DNA of 64,000 bases from an uncultured Fibrobacterota bacterium (GCA_963753345.1 CAVWBU010000021.1:32001-96000), one strand, 5' to 3'; positions 1 to 10,854 are shown, counted from the first letter of the stretch. The notes: a model not told the origin generated them from the letters alone. Numbers and translations: made by a program.

Positions 1-1528
1 ACCCTGACGAAGAGGACGACAGGACCTGGATGCTGGCTGTGTCGGTTCCGTTGCCCACGACCGCATACACATTCAGCCGCGGGTGGTTTCTCTGCATAAA
101 CCCGTTGATGTCTGCTCCCGGCCAGTAGGCCTGTGAAAGGGGCATGGTGATTGTTGAATCGATTTCCCTTTCACCCAATAAGGAGGACAGCATGTTCACG
201 TCGATTGTCGAATCCCAGGCTATAATCTGAGCCGCCGCATAAATCGACACCAGCTGCGGGCCCGCGGTGAGGATCAGCAGGTGCCGGAGCGATGCAACGT
301 CATTTTCAAAGAGGTCCAAGGCCGCTTGAACCGCTGCGTTGAATTCCTGCAACTCGGCTGCGGTGTCGATCGGGAGGTTCAATTGCTTGTAGCTGGAAGA
401 CAGCGGGGGATCAACCACTGCCTGGCTTTTAAGCGAATCGAGATATGCAAGCATACGGTTGAATTCGGGTCCGCCCTGTTTGTCAAAGTGAAATATGATC
501 GGGCTCTGCCCCTCTTTCGAAATGATGAGCGCAGCCCGTTTGTTCGTGGAATTGAGGGTAGAAAGGAATCTCGTGAGCACCGTGGACTGTTCCACGATCT
601 GGCGGGCGTACCGAGCAAGGATTTTCGGGTGGTTCCACCGCCACAGGACGACGTAATCCTCCTTGACAGACGACTGGGCCAGCGCCTCCTCGGCGGTCAT
701 GGTGGTGATATGGCACATCTCACCACCGAAGGACGGGGCGGAGAATGAACCGCTGTATATGGTCGACCCGTTGGACGCATTGGAAGGTATGGGAATTATA
801 TACGATATTTGTTGGCCGGCCGATGTGCCATACGCCTCAAAGGAATACACCGTATTGTCAAGTGTGACGGGCGTGGTATTGTCATATTGCTTTTTCGACC
901 GGGACGCCTCGACCAGGTATCCCGAAACCCCCTGCCCCTTCTTGATGTTAACAACCGGATTGGCCGTGAACGAGTAGGGATAGGCGATTTTATTGACCCC
1001 GTCGATGTCAAAGGCGGGAATCAAATATCTAATGCGGACGGTGCGGGTCGAGTCGAATGTCGCCGGGAAAATGGAGATGTAGTAGTTGTCGTCGCCCCAT
1101 CCGTATTCAAAAAGAACCGGGTCACAGGGAGGCGGTGGACACGCTGCGCTGCGGTCGACCACGCTATCGTACTGCTGCTTCGCGATTGAATCCGTCTTCA
1201 GTTTTGCCTTGAGGATTTTGCCCTTGTACCAAGTGATCAGGCTGACCACGGTGGAATGCGCATCGAGGTTGAGGTTTCCCACGATTTCCAGCGCGTTTCT
1301 GAAGGAATCGGGCGGGGTGCCGCCTACCTTGAAGACCCATTCAAGGTCGACATCGAGATAATCCGGATGCACCGTAATGTCGAATTTCTCCTGGATGATC
1401 GTCGCCGTTCCTTGCCACGCAGTCCCCTGAGTAGATTGGCTTCTGAAGACTCCGTGCTGCAGACCAATGGCATGAGACCCGGCAACGAAGAGCAAAACTC
1501 CTGATACCATACAATACAGCTTTTTCAT
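1..1528 (-). CDS. Secreted protein with VIT-like (vault/inter-alpha-trypsin) N-terminal domain; runs off the left edge
   Basis: Not in the ORF track. Hand translation from ATG 1528 (SD AAGGTGG): MKKLYCMVSGVLLFVAGSHAIG...LEIVGNLNLDAHSTVVSLITWYKGKILKAKLKTDSIAKQQYDSVVDR...DPVLFEY...ISIFP. The frame is also open at the window edge; the middle was not fully translated. Confidence 0.7.
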   Translation of the reverse strand, partial: MKKLYCMVSGVLLFVAGSHAIGLQHGVFRSQSTQGTAWQGTATIIQEKFDITVHPDYLDVDLEWVFKVGGTPPDSFRNALEIVGNLNLDAHSTVVSLITWYKGKILKAKLKTDSIAKQQYDSVVDRSAACPPPPCDPVLFEYGWGDDNYYISIFPATFDSTRTVRIRYLIPAFDIDGVNKIAYPYSFTANPVVNIKKGQGVSGYLVEASRSKKQYDNTTPVTLDNTVYSFEAYGTSAGQQISYIIPIPSNASNGSTIYSGSFSAPSFGGEMCHITTMTAEEALAQSSVKEDYVVLWRWNHPKILARYARQIVEQSTVLTRFLSTLNSTNKRAALIISKEGQSPIIFHFDKQGGPEFNRMLAYLDSLKSQAVVDPPLSSSYKQLNLPIDTAAELQEFNAAVQAALDLFENDVASLRHLLILTAGPQLVSIYAAAQIIAWDSTIDVNMLSSLLGEREIDSTITMPLSQAYWPGADINGFMQRNHPRLNVYAVVGNGTDTASIQVLSSSSSG

Positions 1529-1757
1529 GGTAACCACCTTTGGGTAAAAGGACGAAAGCCTTGGATCGTGGCTTTGATTGCGTCATGAAGAAAACGCGGC
1601 AAAATTGATGCTCTGCAACAATTGTCGGTGAAACATTGCTCTTGGTTCAAACAAAGTTTGAGCTTTGCATTAGGCAATCTTGAGAACAAGCACATATGGA
1701 CGTGGGGTTTTTCCTACCCTTTACACAGTCCACAACCCCGTGACGCCCAATTGACTT

Positions 1758-2020
1758 GTGCCATATCTATGGGATGACCTATTGGGTCTCGCCAAACAAG
1801 CGCACTACGTTCACCAGTACAATCAACAGGGTTTCATCACGGTAGGCGAGCTATGCAAACGTCTCGGGATCGGGCAGACGACTTATTATCGTTATGAGGG
1901 TGTGCTTTATGGGGCTGCAAAACGAAAGGGCAAGATACGGGTTTTTCCGATGAGGATTTCCAGAGAATACGCGAGGCCTTGATCCGGGTTCCAAGACTCA
2001 AAGTAGCCGGTGCTACCTAG
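1758..2020 (+). pseudogene. MerR-type HTH DNA-binding protein, apparently frameshifted
   Basis: ITVGELCKRLGIGQTTYYRYE HTH. Adding one T to the T5 run near 1942-1946 gives RVFSDEDFQRIREAL...TAG 2020, the usual MerR wing/helix pattern. Confidence 0.45.
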
Positions 2021-2187
2021 GCAGGAGAAAAAGCAGCACCCTGCGACTCCGGGTCCGGGGTTTCCCACCATTATTCGGCTGACCATCAGCCCACCGCAGC
2101 CAACCCGAAGCTGAACCAAGTAGATATTCCGTATCCGTTCTGTAAACGCATCAACACTGAGAGTGCACCGGAATCTTCCATTCGCGA

Positions 2188-3864
2188 CTACATCCGAAAA
2201 AGTTCGCCCATTTTCTTTCCGAGGATCTTCCCCGCGATGAGCATGCTTGCGGCTAGAAGGATCATGATGAAAACGCCGAGAGTGGAGGCGAGCGGAAAAC
2301 CGTCCCGGATCCGGTTGACAAGAGCATAAATTGCCTTAGTGATCGGGTAATAGTTCTCCTTCATGGCGAGAATCAGGCTGTCGCTCACTTCGAGCATGGC
2401 GAATGAGAAGACCAGGATTGCTCCCGCGATTACGCTCGAAGCAATGAGTGGAAGGGTAATCTTCGTAAGAGTTGCGGTGTGCCCTGCGCCCAAGTTCAGG
2501 GAGGCCTCCTCCATGGACGGATGCACCTGTGAGAGCCCTGCGTCAACCGCCCGCACCATAAAGGGCAGACGTTGGATTGCGTAGGCCGCAATGAGGAGCG
2601 GGAATGGATTGACTCGTGGATCCAGGTGTGTTCCAGCGAACGTGCCTACATAGCCGAACGACAAGATCAGACCGGGTAGCGCGAGCGGCAGCATCACCGA
2701 AAAGTCGAACAGACCGCGGCCTACGAACTTGAAGCGGCTAATCAAGTACGCCGCCGCTATGCCGATTAGGATATCCACCACCGTCGTGATGCCGCTTAGA
2801 AAAAGGCTGTTCCTTACGCTGAGAACCGTGAGCGGATGTTTGAACCCATCAACAAAATAGTGGAATGTAAATCGTTCGGGCAGAACCGTCATGAACCACT
2901 TTTCGGAGCAGGCGGAGAGCACGACCATTAGGTGGGGCACGATAGACACCAAGCCAATTGTGAGAAAAAGTAGCGTCGCGCATACTGCCATTGCGGGCGA
3001 AGGTGACGGTTTGACAGCTAGGCGCACGGCCTTGTTTGTCATGGCAACAGGGCCCGAGGCAAAAAACTTCTTTGCGGCATAATAAATGAGCCCAATCCAC
3101 ACCAGTACGAAAACGACAAGAGCGTAGCCCATGGGGTTTTCGTAGATGTCATTCACCATGCCGTAAATCTGGTACGCCGCGACACCCCTGAAATCAAGAA
3201 TCAACGGCGTGCCGAGATCGGTCATGGACCATATGAACACTATAGCGGCGCCCGCGAAAATGCCCGGCGCAGCGAGCGGAGCCAGGATTTTCCGGACAAA
3301 GGACCATGTCGTGCTGCCGAGGTTCCAGGCCGCCTCTTCCATGGCCGGATCGATGTTGGCGAGTGTAGCGGTCAGGTTGAGGTACACGATTGGAAAGAGA
3401 TGCAGAATCTCGAGAATGACAACTCCCCAGAAGCCGGAACCAAGCCAGTCGATCGGCTGATGAATAATGCCCGCGTCCATGAGCACCACATTAAGCGTAC
3501 CGAAGCGAGCGAGAAACTGCTTCATTCCGATGGCACCCACAAAGGGCGGCAGGATCATCGGGAGCATTAAGAGACTGTTGAAAAACCACTGGCCTTTCAG
3601 AAGATATCGGGTGGCAAACCAGGCAAGAGGCAGGGAGACCAGAAGGCAACCTAGAGTAACTACAGTGCCTAGTGCAAAACTGGCTACCACGGCGTCTACC
3701 ATTACTTTATTCCGGAACAGGATACTGAAAAAAGCGAGCGAGAACCCCTTAACAGGGAAGAATGCTTTTTCGAGAATGAACAAAACAGGGTAGTAGAGGA
3801 ATACCCCGAGCAACCCAGTAATGATGACCGCGGTGACTATCCAGTATGCAGGTATTTTTTTCAT
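2188..3864 (-). CDS. Fe3+/thiamine-type ABC transporter permease (FbpB-like, two fused TM halves)
   Basis: Two EAA motifs (MEEAAWNLG, MEEASLNLGA), 558 aa, hydrophobic. Confidence 0.9.
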   Translation of the reverse strand: MKKIPAYWIVTAVIITGLLGVFLYYPVLFILEKAFFPVKGFSLAFFSILFRNKVMVDAVVASFALGTVVTLGCLLVSLPLAWFATRYLLKGQWFFNSLLMLPMILPPFVGAIGMKQFLARFGTLNVVLMDAGIIHQPIDWLGSGFWGVVILEILHLFPIVYLNLTATLANIDPAMEEAAWNLGSTTWSFVRKILAPLAAPGIFAGAAIVFIWSMTDLGTPLILDFRGVAAYQIYGMVNDIYENPMGYALVVFVLVWIGLIYYAAKKFFASGPVAMTNKAVRLAVKPSPSPAMAVCATLLFLTIGLVSIVPHLMVVLSACSEKWFMTVLPERFTFHYFVDGFKHPLTVLSVRNSLFLSGITTVVDILIGIAAAYLISRFKFVGRGLFDFSVMLPLALPGLILSFGYVGTFAGTHLDPRVNPFPLLIAAYAIQRLPFMVRAVDAGLSQVHPSMEEASLNLGAGHTATLTKITLPLIASSVIAGAILVFSFAMLEVSDSLILAMKENYYPITKAIYALVNRIRDGFPLASTLGVFIMILLAASMLIAGKILGKKMGELFRM

Positions 3865-3879
3865 GGTTTCAAGCAGGAG

Positions 3880-4935
3880 CTACCGGGTTAGAACTATGAT
3901 ATCGGTCGTATCCAGGCCGAAGGACATCTTGGTACCGGTTGAAATGGTTGTGGACGGTTCGACTGAGGCCCTGAACTCGAGCCCGTTGCACTCAAGGTAC
4001 ACATTTTCATGGCCGCCATTGAACATGCTCGCGACAACGCGGCCGGTGATCGCGTTTGCTGCCGCCGAGGATGGTTTCATGGACTCCGGACGGAAGAAAC
4101 AGAAAATCTTCTGGCCGAGTCCCGGTGGAGTTCCCGTTGCTAACGATGCTCGCAGTTCGCCTGCGAGCGTGTCCACCTGCGCTTCGTTTCCTTCGATTTC
4201 CTTTATGGTGCCTTCCACGATGTTCGCTGTTCCAAGGAACCGCGCCGCCGAAACGGATACCGGCTTGCCGTAGAGGTCGCGCGGCGTGCCGACCTGGACA
4301 ATTTCGCTTTTATCAAGAAAAGCGATCCGGTCGGCCAGGGAAAGGGCCTCCTCCTGATCGTGAGTTACGTAGATGGCGGTCACGCCCGTTTGCTGATGCA
4401 GCCGTTTGAGCTCCAGCCGCATTTCGGCGCGGAGACGCGCATCGAGATTGGAGAGCGGCTCGTCGAGTAGGAGGAGATCCGGACCCACCACGAGCGCCCG
4501 CGCGAGGGCGACTCGCTGTTGTTGCCCGCCCGACAATTGATTGGGCAGACGATTGTCGTACCCTTCCAGTTGCACGAGTTTGAGAACCTCGGCGATCTTT
4601 TCGCGGACTCCGGTGCCGGTATGCTTGCGGTTTTCGAGACCGAAGGCGACATTCTGAGAAACGGTGAGGTGTGGCCAGAGGGCATAGCTCTGGAACACCA
4701 TCGATGCGTTCCGTTTCTGCGGCGCAAGAGCGGTGACATCGCGGTCGTTGAAGAAAACAGAACCCCTGTCCGGTTGCTCAAACCCGGCAAGAATGCGGAG
4801 GAGCGTTGTTTTGCCGCATCCCGACGGCCCAAGGAGAAAAAAAAGCTCTCCTTCTGCGATCTCGAGGGAGATGTTCTTGAGGACTTCGGTCCTGTCGAAC
4901 GACTTGCTAAGCGATTTGATGGATATCTTGTACAT
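3880..4935 (-). CDS. ABC transporter ATP-binding protein (FbpC/PotA-like, C-terminal TOBE)
   Basis: GPSGCGKT, LSGGQQQR, LLLDEP, VTHDQEEA. Confidence 0.93.
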   Translation of the reverse strand: MYKISIKSLSKSFDRTEVLKNISLEIAEGELFFLLGPSGCGKTTLLRILAGFEQPDRGSVFFNDRDVTALAPQKRNASMVFQSYALWPHLTVSQNVAFGLENRKHTGTGVREKIAEVLKLVQLEGYDNRLPNQLSGGQQQRVALARALVVGPDLLLLDEPLSNLDARLRAEMRLELKRLHQQTGVTAIYVTHDQEEALSLADRIAFLDKSEIVQVGTPRDLYGKPVSVSAARFLGTANIVEGTIKEIEGNEAQVDTLAGELRASLATGTPPGLGQKIFCFFRPESMKPSSAAANAITGRVVASMFNGGHENVYLECNGLEFRASVEPSTTISTGTKMSFGLDTTDIIVLTR

Positions 4936-4950
4936 GGTTCCTCATCTTAA

Positions 4951-6321
4951 TTATGGTCTCTTCCCGGTTTCCAATTCACGATGTTCGAGTGCCAGAGCCT
5001 CATACTTCGTCTTAAAGAACTTCTGCCACCGGAGCATCTCGCGGTTCTTCTTCACCGGATCCTGCCAATCGTGCACGGCCAACCGCATGCACTCGTCCTC
5101 CGTAATCGGCATCAACGCCCATGCCGAGTCTCCGGCTGTCGCGTTGGGCTTCCACGCCGTTCGAAGTTCCTGGCCATGGTCGATGAGCGCTGCTCCGAGT
5201 AGATCGTTGAAAACAACCCAGCGCCGGGAGGCGAGCGCGTTGTCAAAGTGAAATCCGCTCGCCGTGGCAAAGGGGTTGCCGTGCACTGCGGTTTGGCCTG
5301 CGAATTTATCATAAAGGCCGGCCAGAATGGGCATGCGATCGAGCTCCTGGTGTACCGGACCACCCGGTGTTCCCTTGCGCAGGAACCAGAGTTTTTGTCC
5401 TTGCTCCGACAGTACGAACTCGATGAACCGCTTTGCCGCCGCCGGATGGGGCGCCCCGGTAAGCATGGCGATCGCGTCGGCGCTTGCAATAGTCAAGTTC
5501 GCCGGCAGCACAAATCCAACTTTGTCTTCGCCTGCCTCGGCGACGGCTGCCCAGCCGTACATGTCGATAGCCAATCCGAAGGCAAGGTCGCCCTTGGCAA
5601 CCATTGGTGGAATTTCGCTTGCGTTATTGGAGAACGTTTTGGCATTCCCGGCGATGCCGGTAAGAATGCGCCAGCCATAGTTCCAACCATAGGCTTGCAC
5701 GATGATCTCGAACATCAGGTGCATGGTTCCGCTGTTTCTCGGATCGGCGGCACCGACCCAGGAGAAGAGCGTAGGATCGGCAAGGTCCTTCCAGGCTGTC
5801 GGAACGGCAAACCCCAGTTTCCGGGCCACCCATTTGTTGTACGAAATACCGAAGCTAGACAGCACCGCGCCATACCAGCGATGATCGGGGTCGAACAGAT
5901 CTATGCCCCCGATTGACTGGGGAATGGGCCCTGTTATGGAGGAATCAAGGGTGAGTGTGGCCAGCATGCCGCCGTTCTTCATCAGGAGGAAGGGGTCGGT
6001 GCCGCCTCCGAAAAAGACGTCGATGCCGATTCCGGCCGGGCTTCGCTTGAATTCCGATAAAACGTACCGGACACAATCGCTCGTGCCGCCCGGATCAAGC
6101 CAATCAAGCGCGATAGTCCGGCCGGTTTCCCTCTTGTATAGTGAGGCGAACGCATCGCCGAATTCATTGCGGATGCCATCCCAATGAGGACTGATGATGA
6201 CGAGCTTTTCATCAGCCTTGCCAGCAAAGGTCGTCTTTCCAGGAAGCGGGATGTTTAGGCTGATCACCGAAACCAGCACTAGGGCGACGAGCAACAGGAA
6301 AAGTCTGAGGGTGCCGTTCAT
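4951..6321 (-). CDS. ABC transporter substrate-binding protein (Fe3+/thiamine family)
   Basis: N-terminal hydrophobic segment; IDVFFGGG, WKDLADP, DPRNSGT, AAAKRFIEFVLS. Confidence 0.88.
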   Translation of the reverse strand: MNGTLRLFLLLVALVLVSVISLNIPLPGKTTFAGKADEKLVIISPHWDGIRNEFGDAFASLYKRETGRTIALDWLDPGGTSDCVRYVLSEFKRSPAGIGIDVFFGGGTDPFLLMKNGGMLATLTLDSSITGPIPQSIGGIDLFDPDHRWYGAVLSSFGISYNKWVARKLGFAVPTAWKDLADPTLFSWVGAADPRNSGTMHLMFEIIVQAYGWNYGWRILTGIAGNAKTFSNNASEIPPMVAKGDLAFGLAIDMYGWAAVAEAGEDKVGFVLPANLTIASADAIAMLTGAPHPAAAKRFIEFVLSEQGQKLWFLRKGTPGGPVHQELDRMPILAGLYDKFAGQTAVHGNPFATASGFHFDNALASRRWVVFNDLLGAALIDHGQELRTAWKPNATAGDSAWALMPITEDECMRLAVHDWQDPVKKNREMLRWQKFFKTKYEALALEHRELETGKRP

Positions 6322-6528
6322 GTCATGTCTGTTGGTTCTCGGATCAAACGCCGGCTTTCGCGATCTTGATTCCCATCCTAAAATAGTTCCTGAGTTGCGA
6401 TTGCTCGACCGTAAAAGGGAATGCGCAACAATTCATTGGGCCGTACCCTATAGTCATTGAGCGCCCGCGAATGCACTTGGAGCCTATCCAAAAACCTCAA
6501 TTAACCACCGTCGCGCCAGTTGTAAAAA

Positions 6529-6544
6529 GGTTGATCCGTCAACC
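6529..6544 (+). promoter_or_regulatory. Putative MarR operator (autoregulatory)
   Basis: Perfect inverted repeat GGTTGA-TCCG-TCAACC upstream of marR; related copy at 7198-7213. Confidence 0.55.
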
Positions 6545-6556
6545 GCATGACGTATT

Positions 6557-6676
6557 TTGGATTCCATAGCGAGCGCATTCCTCGAAGCTTGCTTCGGGGT
6601 TAGCGGGCGACTACAAGTATGTTTTTTCTTCTATAGGAATGGAAGATTCTCCGCAGCTGGCTGCGGGGGTCTTCAA
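6557..6676 (+). mobile_element. Two-hairpin miniature element, copy 1 (in the marR leader)
   Basis: TTGGA...GCGAGCGCATTCCTCGAAGCTTGCTTCGGGGTTAGCG...CTCCGCAGCTGGCTGCGGGGG..TTCAA; aligns with four other copies. Confidence 0.85.
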
Positions 6677-6685
6677 TCCCTCGGC

Positions 6686-7174
6686 ATGGATGAACTCAAG
6701 CGTTATCAAAATCTGACAATATCAAGGCTCAGGCGGCTGGTGAGGCGCGTGACCGAACTCATCAACCGGCTCAGGGTTCTACGCGCATCCCCCCTTGCGT
6801 ACGAGCAGTTTCCATTGCTCAAAATCGCCATTCATCATGAAGGTTCCGCGATGCAGGAAATCGCCCGCCTGACAAACCAGGATAAGGCAGGCATCCTGCG
6901 CGGCCTTCGTTCTCTCGAAAGACGTGGCCTTATCAGGTTCAGGAAGGATCCCCACGATATGCGGAAGCGGCTCGTGTTCCCGACGAAGAAAGCCCGGGAG
7001 TTATCCGGAAGAATCGTGGAGGATGTAGAAGCATTTGAAAAGGAACTTCTTCGTGGAATTTCTCCGGGAGAGAGGCGTATTTTCTTAGATGTTGTGCGGC
7101 AATTAACCGACAGGTGCCTCGAATTAGACGAGATGAAAATCCAACGATACTGTCTCAAAGGAACCAAGCGCTAA
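6686..7174 (+). CDS. MarR family transcriptional regulator
   Basis: QEIARLTNQDKAGILRGLRSLERRGLIRFRKDPHDMRKRLVFPT. The longer N-terminus in the ORF track is the repeat element. Confidence 0.85.
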   Translation: MDELKRYQNLTISRLRRLVRRVTELINRLRVLRASPLAYEQFPLLKIAIHHEGSAMQEIARLTNQDKAGILRGLRSLERRGLIRFRKDPHDMRKRLVFPTKKARELSGRIVEDVEAFEKELLRGISPGERRIFLDVVRQLTDRCLELDEMKIQRYCLKGTKR

Positions 7175-7197
7175 CAGGCTTTTTATTTTGCAAAAGA

Positions 7198-7213
7198 AGT
7201 TGATGGGTCACCT
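7198..7213 (+). promoter_or_regulatory. Putative MarR operator upstream of the efflux pump
   Basis: AGTTGATGGGTCACCT resembles 6529-6544; both follow TTGYAAAA. Confidence 0.45.
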
Positions 7214-7329
7214 TAAATTGTTGAGTGCGGCAGGACGCCTGTGCGTGGCTTTATGGATTTCATGTTGCCCGTCTCTCATCTGCGGCAAGGATCCAGGGCC
7301 AATGGCTATTACTTTTGGAAGGCCGTCGT

Positions 7330-8919
7330 ATGCATGACCGTTTTGCCAAGTCCATTCCTTCCCTGCATCACGAGCACGAATCATACAAGTGGTGGGTGCT
7401 GGCAAACGTCATGATCGGCACGTTTGTAATCGTGCTCAACAATACGATCGTTAACACGGCACTGCCTAAGATGATGGCGTCTTTGGGCATCACGGTGGAC
7501 CAGGCAGAGTGGATCATCACGGTGTTCATGCTTGCGTTTGCGATTATGCTCCCCACGTCTGGATGGCTCGCGGACCGCTTCGGGTACAAGCGCACCTATG
7601 CGGCCGGGATGGCCGTCTTCACATTGTTTTCCTTCTTGTGCGCCCTGTCCAGGGACGAAAAGAGCCTCATTCTCATGCGCATTGGGCAAGGCCTTGGCGG
7701 TGGCCTCATTCAACCGCTCGGCATGGCTATTGTCATGCGCGAATTTCCTCCGCAGCAGCGCGGAATGGCAATGGGCTTCTGGACTATCTCCTCGGCCGCT
7801 TCGGTGTCTCTGGGACCGCTTCTCGGCGGGTATCTGTCTGACAACTTCGACTGGCATCTGATCTTCACGATCAATGTTCCGGTCGGAATCCTCTGTTTCT
7901 TCGCAACCTGGATCATTCAGCGCGAGTACAGGAAGCAGCAGGAGCACTCTTTCGACATAGTCGGCTTCGTGTCCATGGCGGCGTTCTTGGGGTTTCTCCT
8001 TGTAGCCCTCAGCAGCGGCAACGCCGGTTGGAACGCTGGCGGCTGGACCTCGGATTTCATGATGGTTTGCTACCTGTTCTCGGCCGTCGGCTTCGTGGTG
8101 TTCCTTATCACCGAGCTAAACGTGAAATATCCGTTTGTGAAGATACAGCTTCTAGGCACCTACAACTTTGGACTCTCGAATGTCGTAATGTTCATATTCG
8201 GCATTGGCATGTTCGGAAGCACGTTTCTCCTGCCGCTGTACCTGCAGAATGCGCTTGGCTATACTGCGTTTCAGTCCGGCATGGTGTTGCTGCCGGTGGG
8301 GATCATGCAGGCCTTCTTCGGAGCGTTTGCGGGATACATTTCCGACAGGATAAATCCGAAGATCCCCATCATTCTCGGAATTGCACTTTTTTCACTCAGC
8401 TTTTTCCTCAATTCGAACCTTTCCCTTTTCTCGGAGAATTTCCAGATCATGATGCCCATGTACCTGCGTGGAGTCGCCATGGGCATCCTATTCTCTCCCC
8501 TGAGCACACTGATCATAGCACACATTCCTCACAAGGACATGGCGCAGGCTTCCGGGCTCATGAATGCGGTGAGGCAGGTGGGAGGAAGTTTTGGTGTGGC
8601 GATCATGCAGACGCTGCTTACGCAGCGTATCACCTTTCACACGGCAATTTCGGGCACCAGGATCGATCCCTCGTCTCCGGTGTTCCAGAACACTATCAGG
8701 ATGTTGCGGACCCACGCCATTTACGATGCCGGATCGTGCTCGCATGATGCTGCTGCCCAGAGCACCGCGATATTCGCATCCCATTTCTTTCAGCAGATGT
8801 TCGTGTGGGGAATCAACGACGCGTTCCTGTTTTCTAGTATTTGTACGGCGCTTTGCATAATCCCAGTTCTCGTTTTGAAAGGAAAAAGGAATATTCGGGA
8901 ACCCCGCCCTGGAAGGTGA
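7330..8919 (+). CDS. DHA2 (EmrB/QacA) family MFS efflux permease
   Basis: LNNTIVNTALP, GWLADRFGYKR, GPLLGGYL..WHLIFTINVPVG, RQVGGSFG. Confidence 0.92.
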   Translation: MHDRFAKSIPSLHHEHESYKWWVLANVMIGTFVIVLNNTIVNTALPKMMASLGITVDQAEWIITVFMLAFAIMLPTSGWLADRFGYKRTYAAGMAVFTLFSFLCALSRDEKSLILMRIGQGLGGGLIQPLGMAIVMREFPPQQRGMAMGFWTISSAASVSLGPLLGGYLSDNFDWHLIFTINVPVGILCFFATWIIQREYRKQQEHSFDIVGFVSMAAFLGFLLVALSSGNAGWNAGGWTSDFMMVCYLFSAVGFVVFLITELNVKYPFVKIQLLGTYNFGLSNVVMFIFGIGMFGSTFLLPLYLQNALGYTAFQSGMVLLPVGIMQAFFGAFAGYISDRINPKIPIILGIALFSLSFFLNSNLSLFSENFQIMMPMYLRGVAMGILFSPLSTLIIAHIPHKDMAQASGLMNAVRQVGGSFGVAIMQTLLTQRITFHTAISGTRIDPSSPVFQNTIRMLRTHAIYDAGSCSHDAAAQSTAIFASHFFQQMFVWGINDAFLFSSICTALCIIPVLVLKGKRNIREPRPGR

Positions 8920-9110
8920 ATGGCGCTGTTGACGGACAGCACCATTGCAAAGATCCGAGCCGCCTGAAGAAGGTGTCGGACATTTACAACACGAGGAATG
9001 ATTTTGTAAAAGCCTGATGGTCTTGCTGCTACAGCGGCCCTAGGAGAGGACCCGGAAAATGCCGGAGTTGAGAATTTATTCTGGAACACCCTAGAAAAGG
9101 AGAATAGATT

Positions 9111-9851
9111 ATGCAGATTGCTGAGAACATCGACATGTTGGAGATCAGGGTGAACATGATGGGGAGGCCTTCCGAAATTTACCCGGTGCTGGTCAGGGAC
9201 AAAGACTCAACTGTTCTCATCGACACAGGGTTTCCTGGCACACTGCCACTGCTCCGTTGCGAGACGGAGAGGATTGCCGAGTTCCAACGTATAAACACCA
9301 TTATCCTCACCCATCAAGATATAGACCATATCGGAAACCTTTCAGCAATTATCAAGGAAGCCCCGGGGAAAGTGCAGGTACTATGTCATGAGGTTGAAAA
9401 ACCCTATATCCAAGGGGACAAAGAGCCGCACAAACTGGGGATATTCAAAACGCGGATGGAAACTATGCCGCCGGAGCAGAAAGAGATTTATGGCAAAATG
9501 ATCGCGGCTTTCAAAACCAGTGTCGCTAAGGTCGACCGGACGTTGACCGATGGCGAGACACTGCCGTTTTGCGGGGGCATGAAGGTCATTTATACTCCCG
9601 GTCACACCATCGGCCATATCTGTCTTTACTTCTTGCAAAGCAGGGTCCTTATTGCGGGCGACGCCCTGCATGCCGACAATGGCAGATTAGTCAAGCCCCC
9701 TTCGTCAAGCCAATATGATCAGTGCTTGTTTGAGAAATCCATTGGAAAGCTCGCTGAACTGGACATCGGAAAAATTGTTTGTTTTCATGGAGGTCTCGTC
9801 CTGAACAACGTCAACCAGAGGATTGGGGACTTGTCCTGTGGGAAAAGATAA
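9111..9851 (+). CDS. MBL-fold metallo-hydrolase
   Basis: LIDTG, THQDIDHIG, TPGHTIGH, AGDA, CFHG; SD AAGGAG. Confidence 0.9.
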   Translation: MQIAENIDMLEIRVNMMGRPSEIYPVLVRDKDSTVLIDTGFPGTLPLLRCETERIAEFQRINTIILTHQDIDHIGNLSAIIKEAPGKVQVLCHEVEKPYIQGDKEPHKLGIFKTRMETMPPEQKEIYGKMIAAFKTSVAKVDRTLTDGETLPFCGGMKVIYTPGHTIGHICLYFLQSRVLIAGDALHADNGRLVKPPSSSQYDQCLFEKSIGKLAELDIGKIVCFHGGLVLNNVNQRIGDLSCGKR

Positions 9852-9984
9852 CGATTCTGAAAGGAAGACAATGCTCCATGCCTGACTTCGACATGAATCC
9901 CGTCAGGCGGGTATTAATTTTGACCGTTGGCAGATTCCAAACCCGAGTTCGGAGAAATCCGGCACAAACAAGTGAGGCCTCATT

Positions 9985-10164
9985 ATGCTTTATAAAAAGC
10001 TTGGCAAAACAGGCGTTGATCTCTCTATTCTGGGGTTCGGGTGCATGCGGCTCCCAACCATTGGCAATAAGGCAGAGCACGTAGACTTTCCTCAGGCGAC
10101 CCAACTGCTTCATTATGCGATCGACCATGACGTTAGTTTTGTGGACATTGACGGATTGTTGTAA
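9985..10164 (+). pseudogene. Aldo/keto reductase N-terminal fragment
   Basis: MLYKKLGKTGVDLSILGFGCMRLP...HYAIDHDVSFVD, then a stop after 59 aa. Confidence 0.75.
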
Positions 10165-10293
10165 CACTTGAGTTGAAACAAATGTCGAATAATTGAATAA
10201 TGGGTGCACCAAAGGTAATAACTAACCAATCTTAAAATGTGGTAAGTCGTGTCAAAAAGATTAGTTTACTATTGATAATAGTGAGGGTTATTT

Positions 10294-10613
10294 TATGCAT
10301 ATCTTCATTTCTGTATTTGCAGCGGCTTGTTTGGTGTTTTTCGGTTATTTTGCGATCTGGAGTTCCACTCACTTCTTTCGGAAGGATTTTGTCCATAATT
10401 TTATTTGTATTAGCTGGGCTGGCTCTGATTTCTCCGGTTGCCGTCAGACATTTTCATAGAGGTCCCAGAATGAATGAAATGCAATTCCACAGACATCCCG
10501 GTTTCATGGGACGTCCACAGGGACCTTGGATGAATAGAATACAAATGCCCGGAGACAAGAACCGGCCGGAAACTGTACCTGAAGAAAAACCCGATATTCC
10601 AGCTTCCAAATAA
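10294..10613 (+). pseudogene. Small membrane protein, apparently frameshifted
   Basis: SD GAGG plus ATG gives hydrophobic MHIFISVFAAACLVFFGYFAIWSS. The second helix (SFGRILSIILFVLAGLAL) and the tail are in another frame. Confidence 0.35.
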
Positions 10614-10854
10614 AGGAAGGCTTTTTTCCTCTCGAAAACCTTCGAATACAACATCCCGTTCCATGGCGAGATGTTGATAATGAAACGTTACGAAAGTTTT
10701 GAAACAGCGCTCCAAGGAGAGGAACGCTGTTCTTTTTCCCTTATTTTGTTAAAGACTGTATCAGTATAGAATTCCTAGAATATTTCATGCTCTGGGCCGC
10801 CTTGAGCGACAGGCAATGTATGAAGAAAAACACCTTTCTGGAAAGAGGTTTGCT

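Noticed and set aside
6557-6685. N-terminal extension of MarR in the ORF track
   Set aside because: It is the translated repeat element starting at a TTG; ATG 6686 gives a normal-length MarR.
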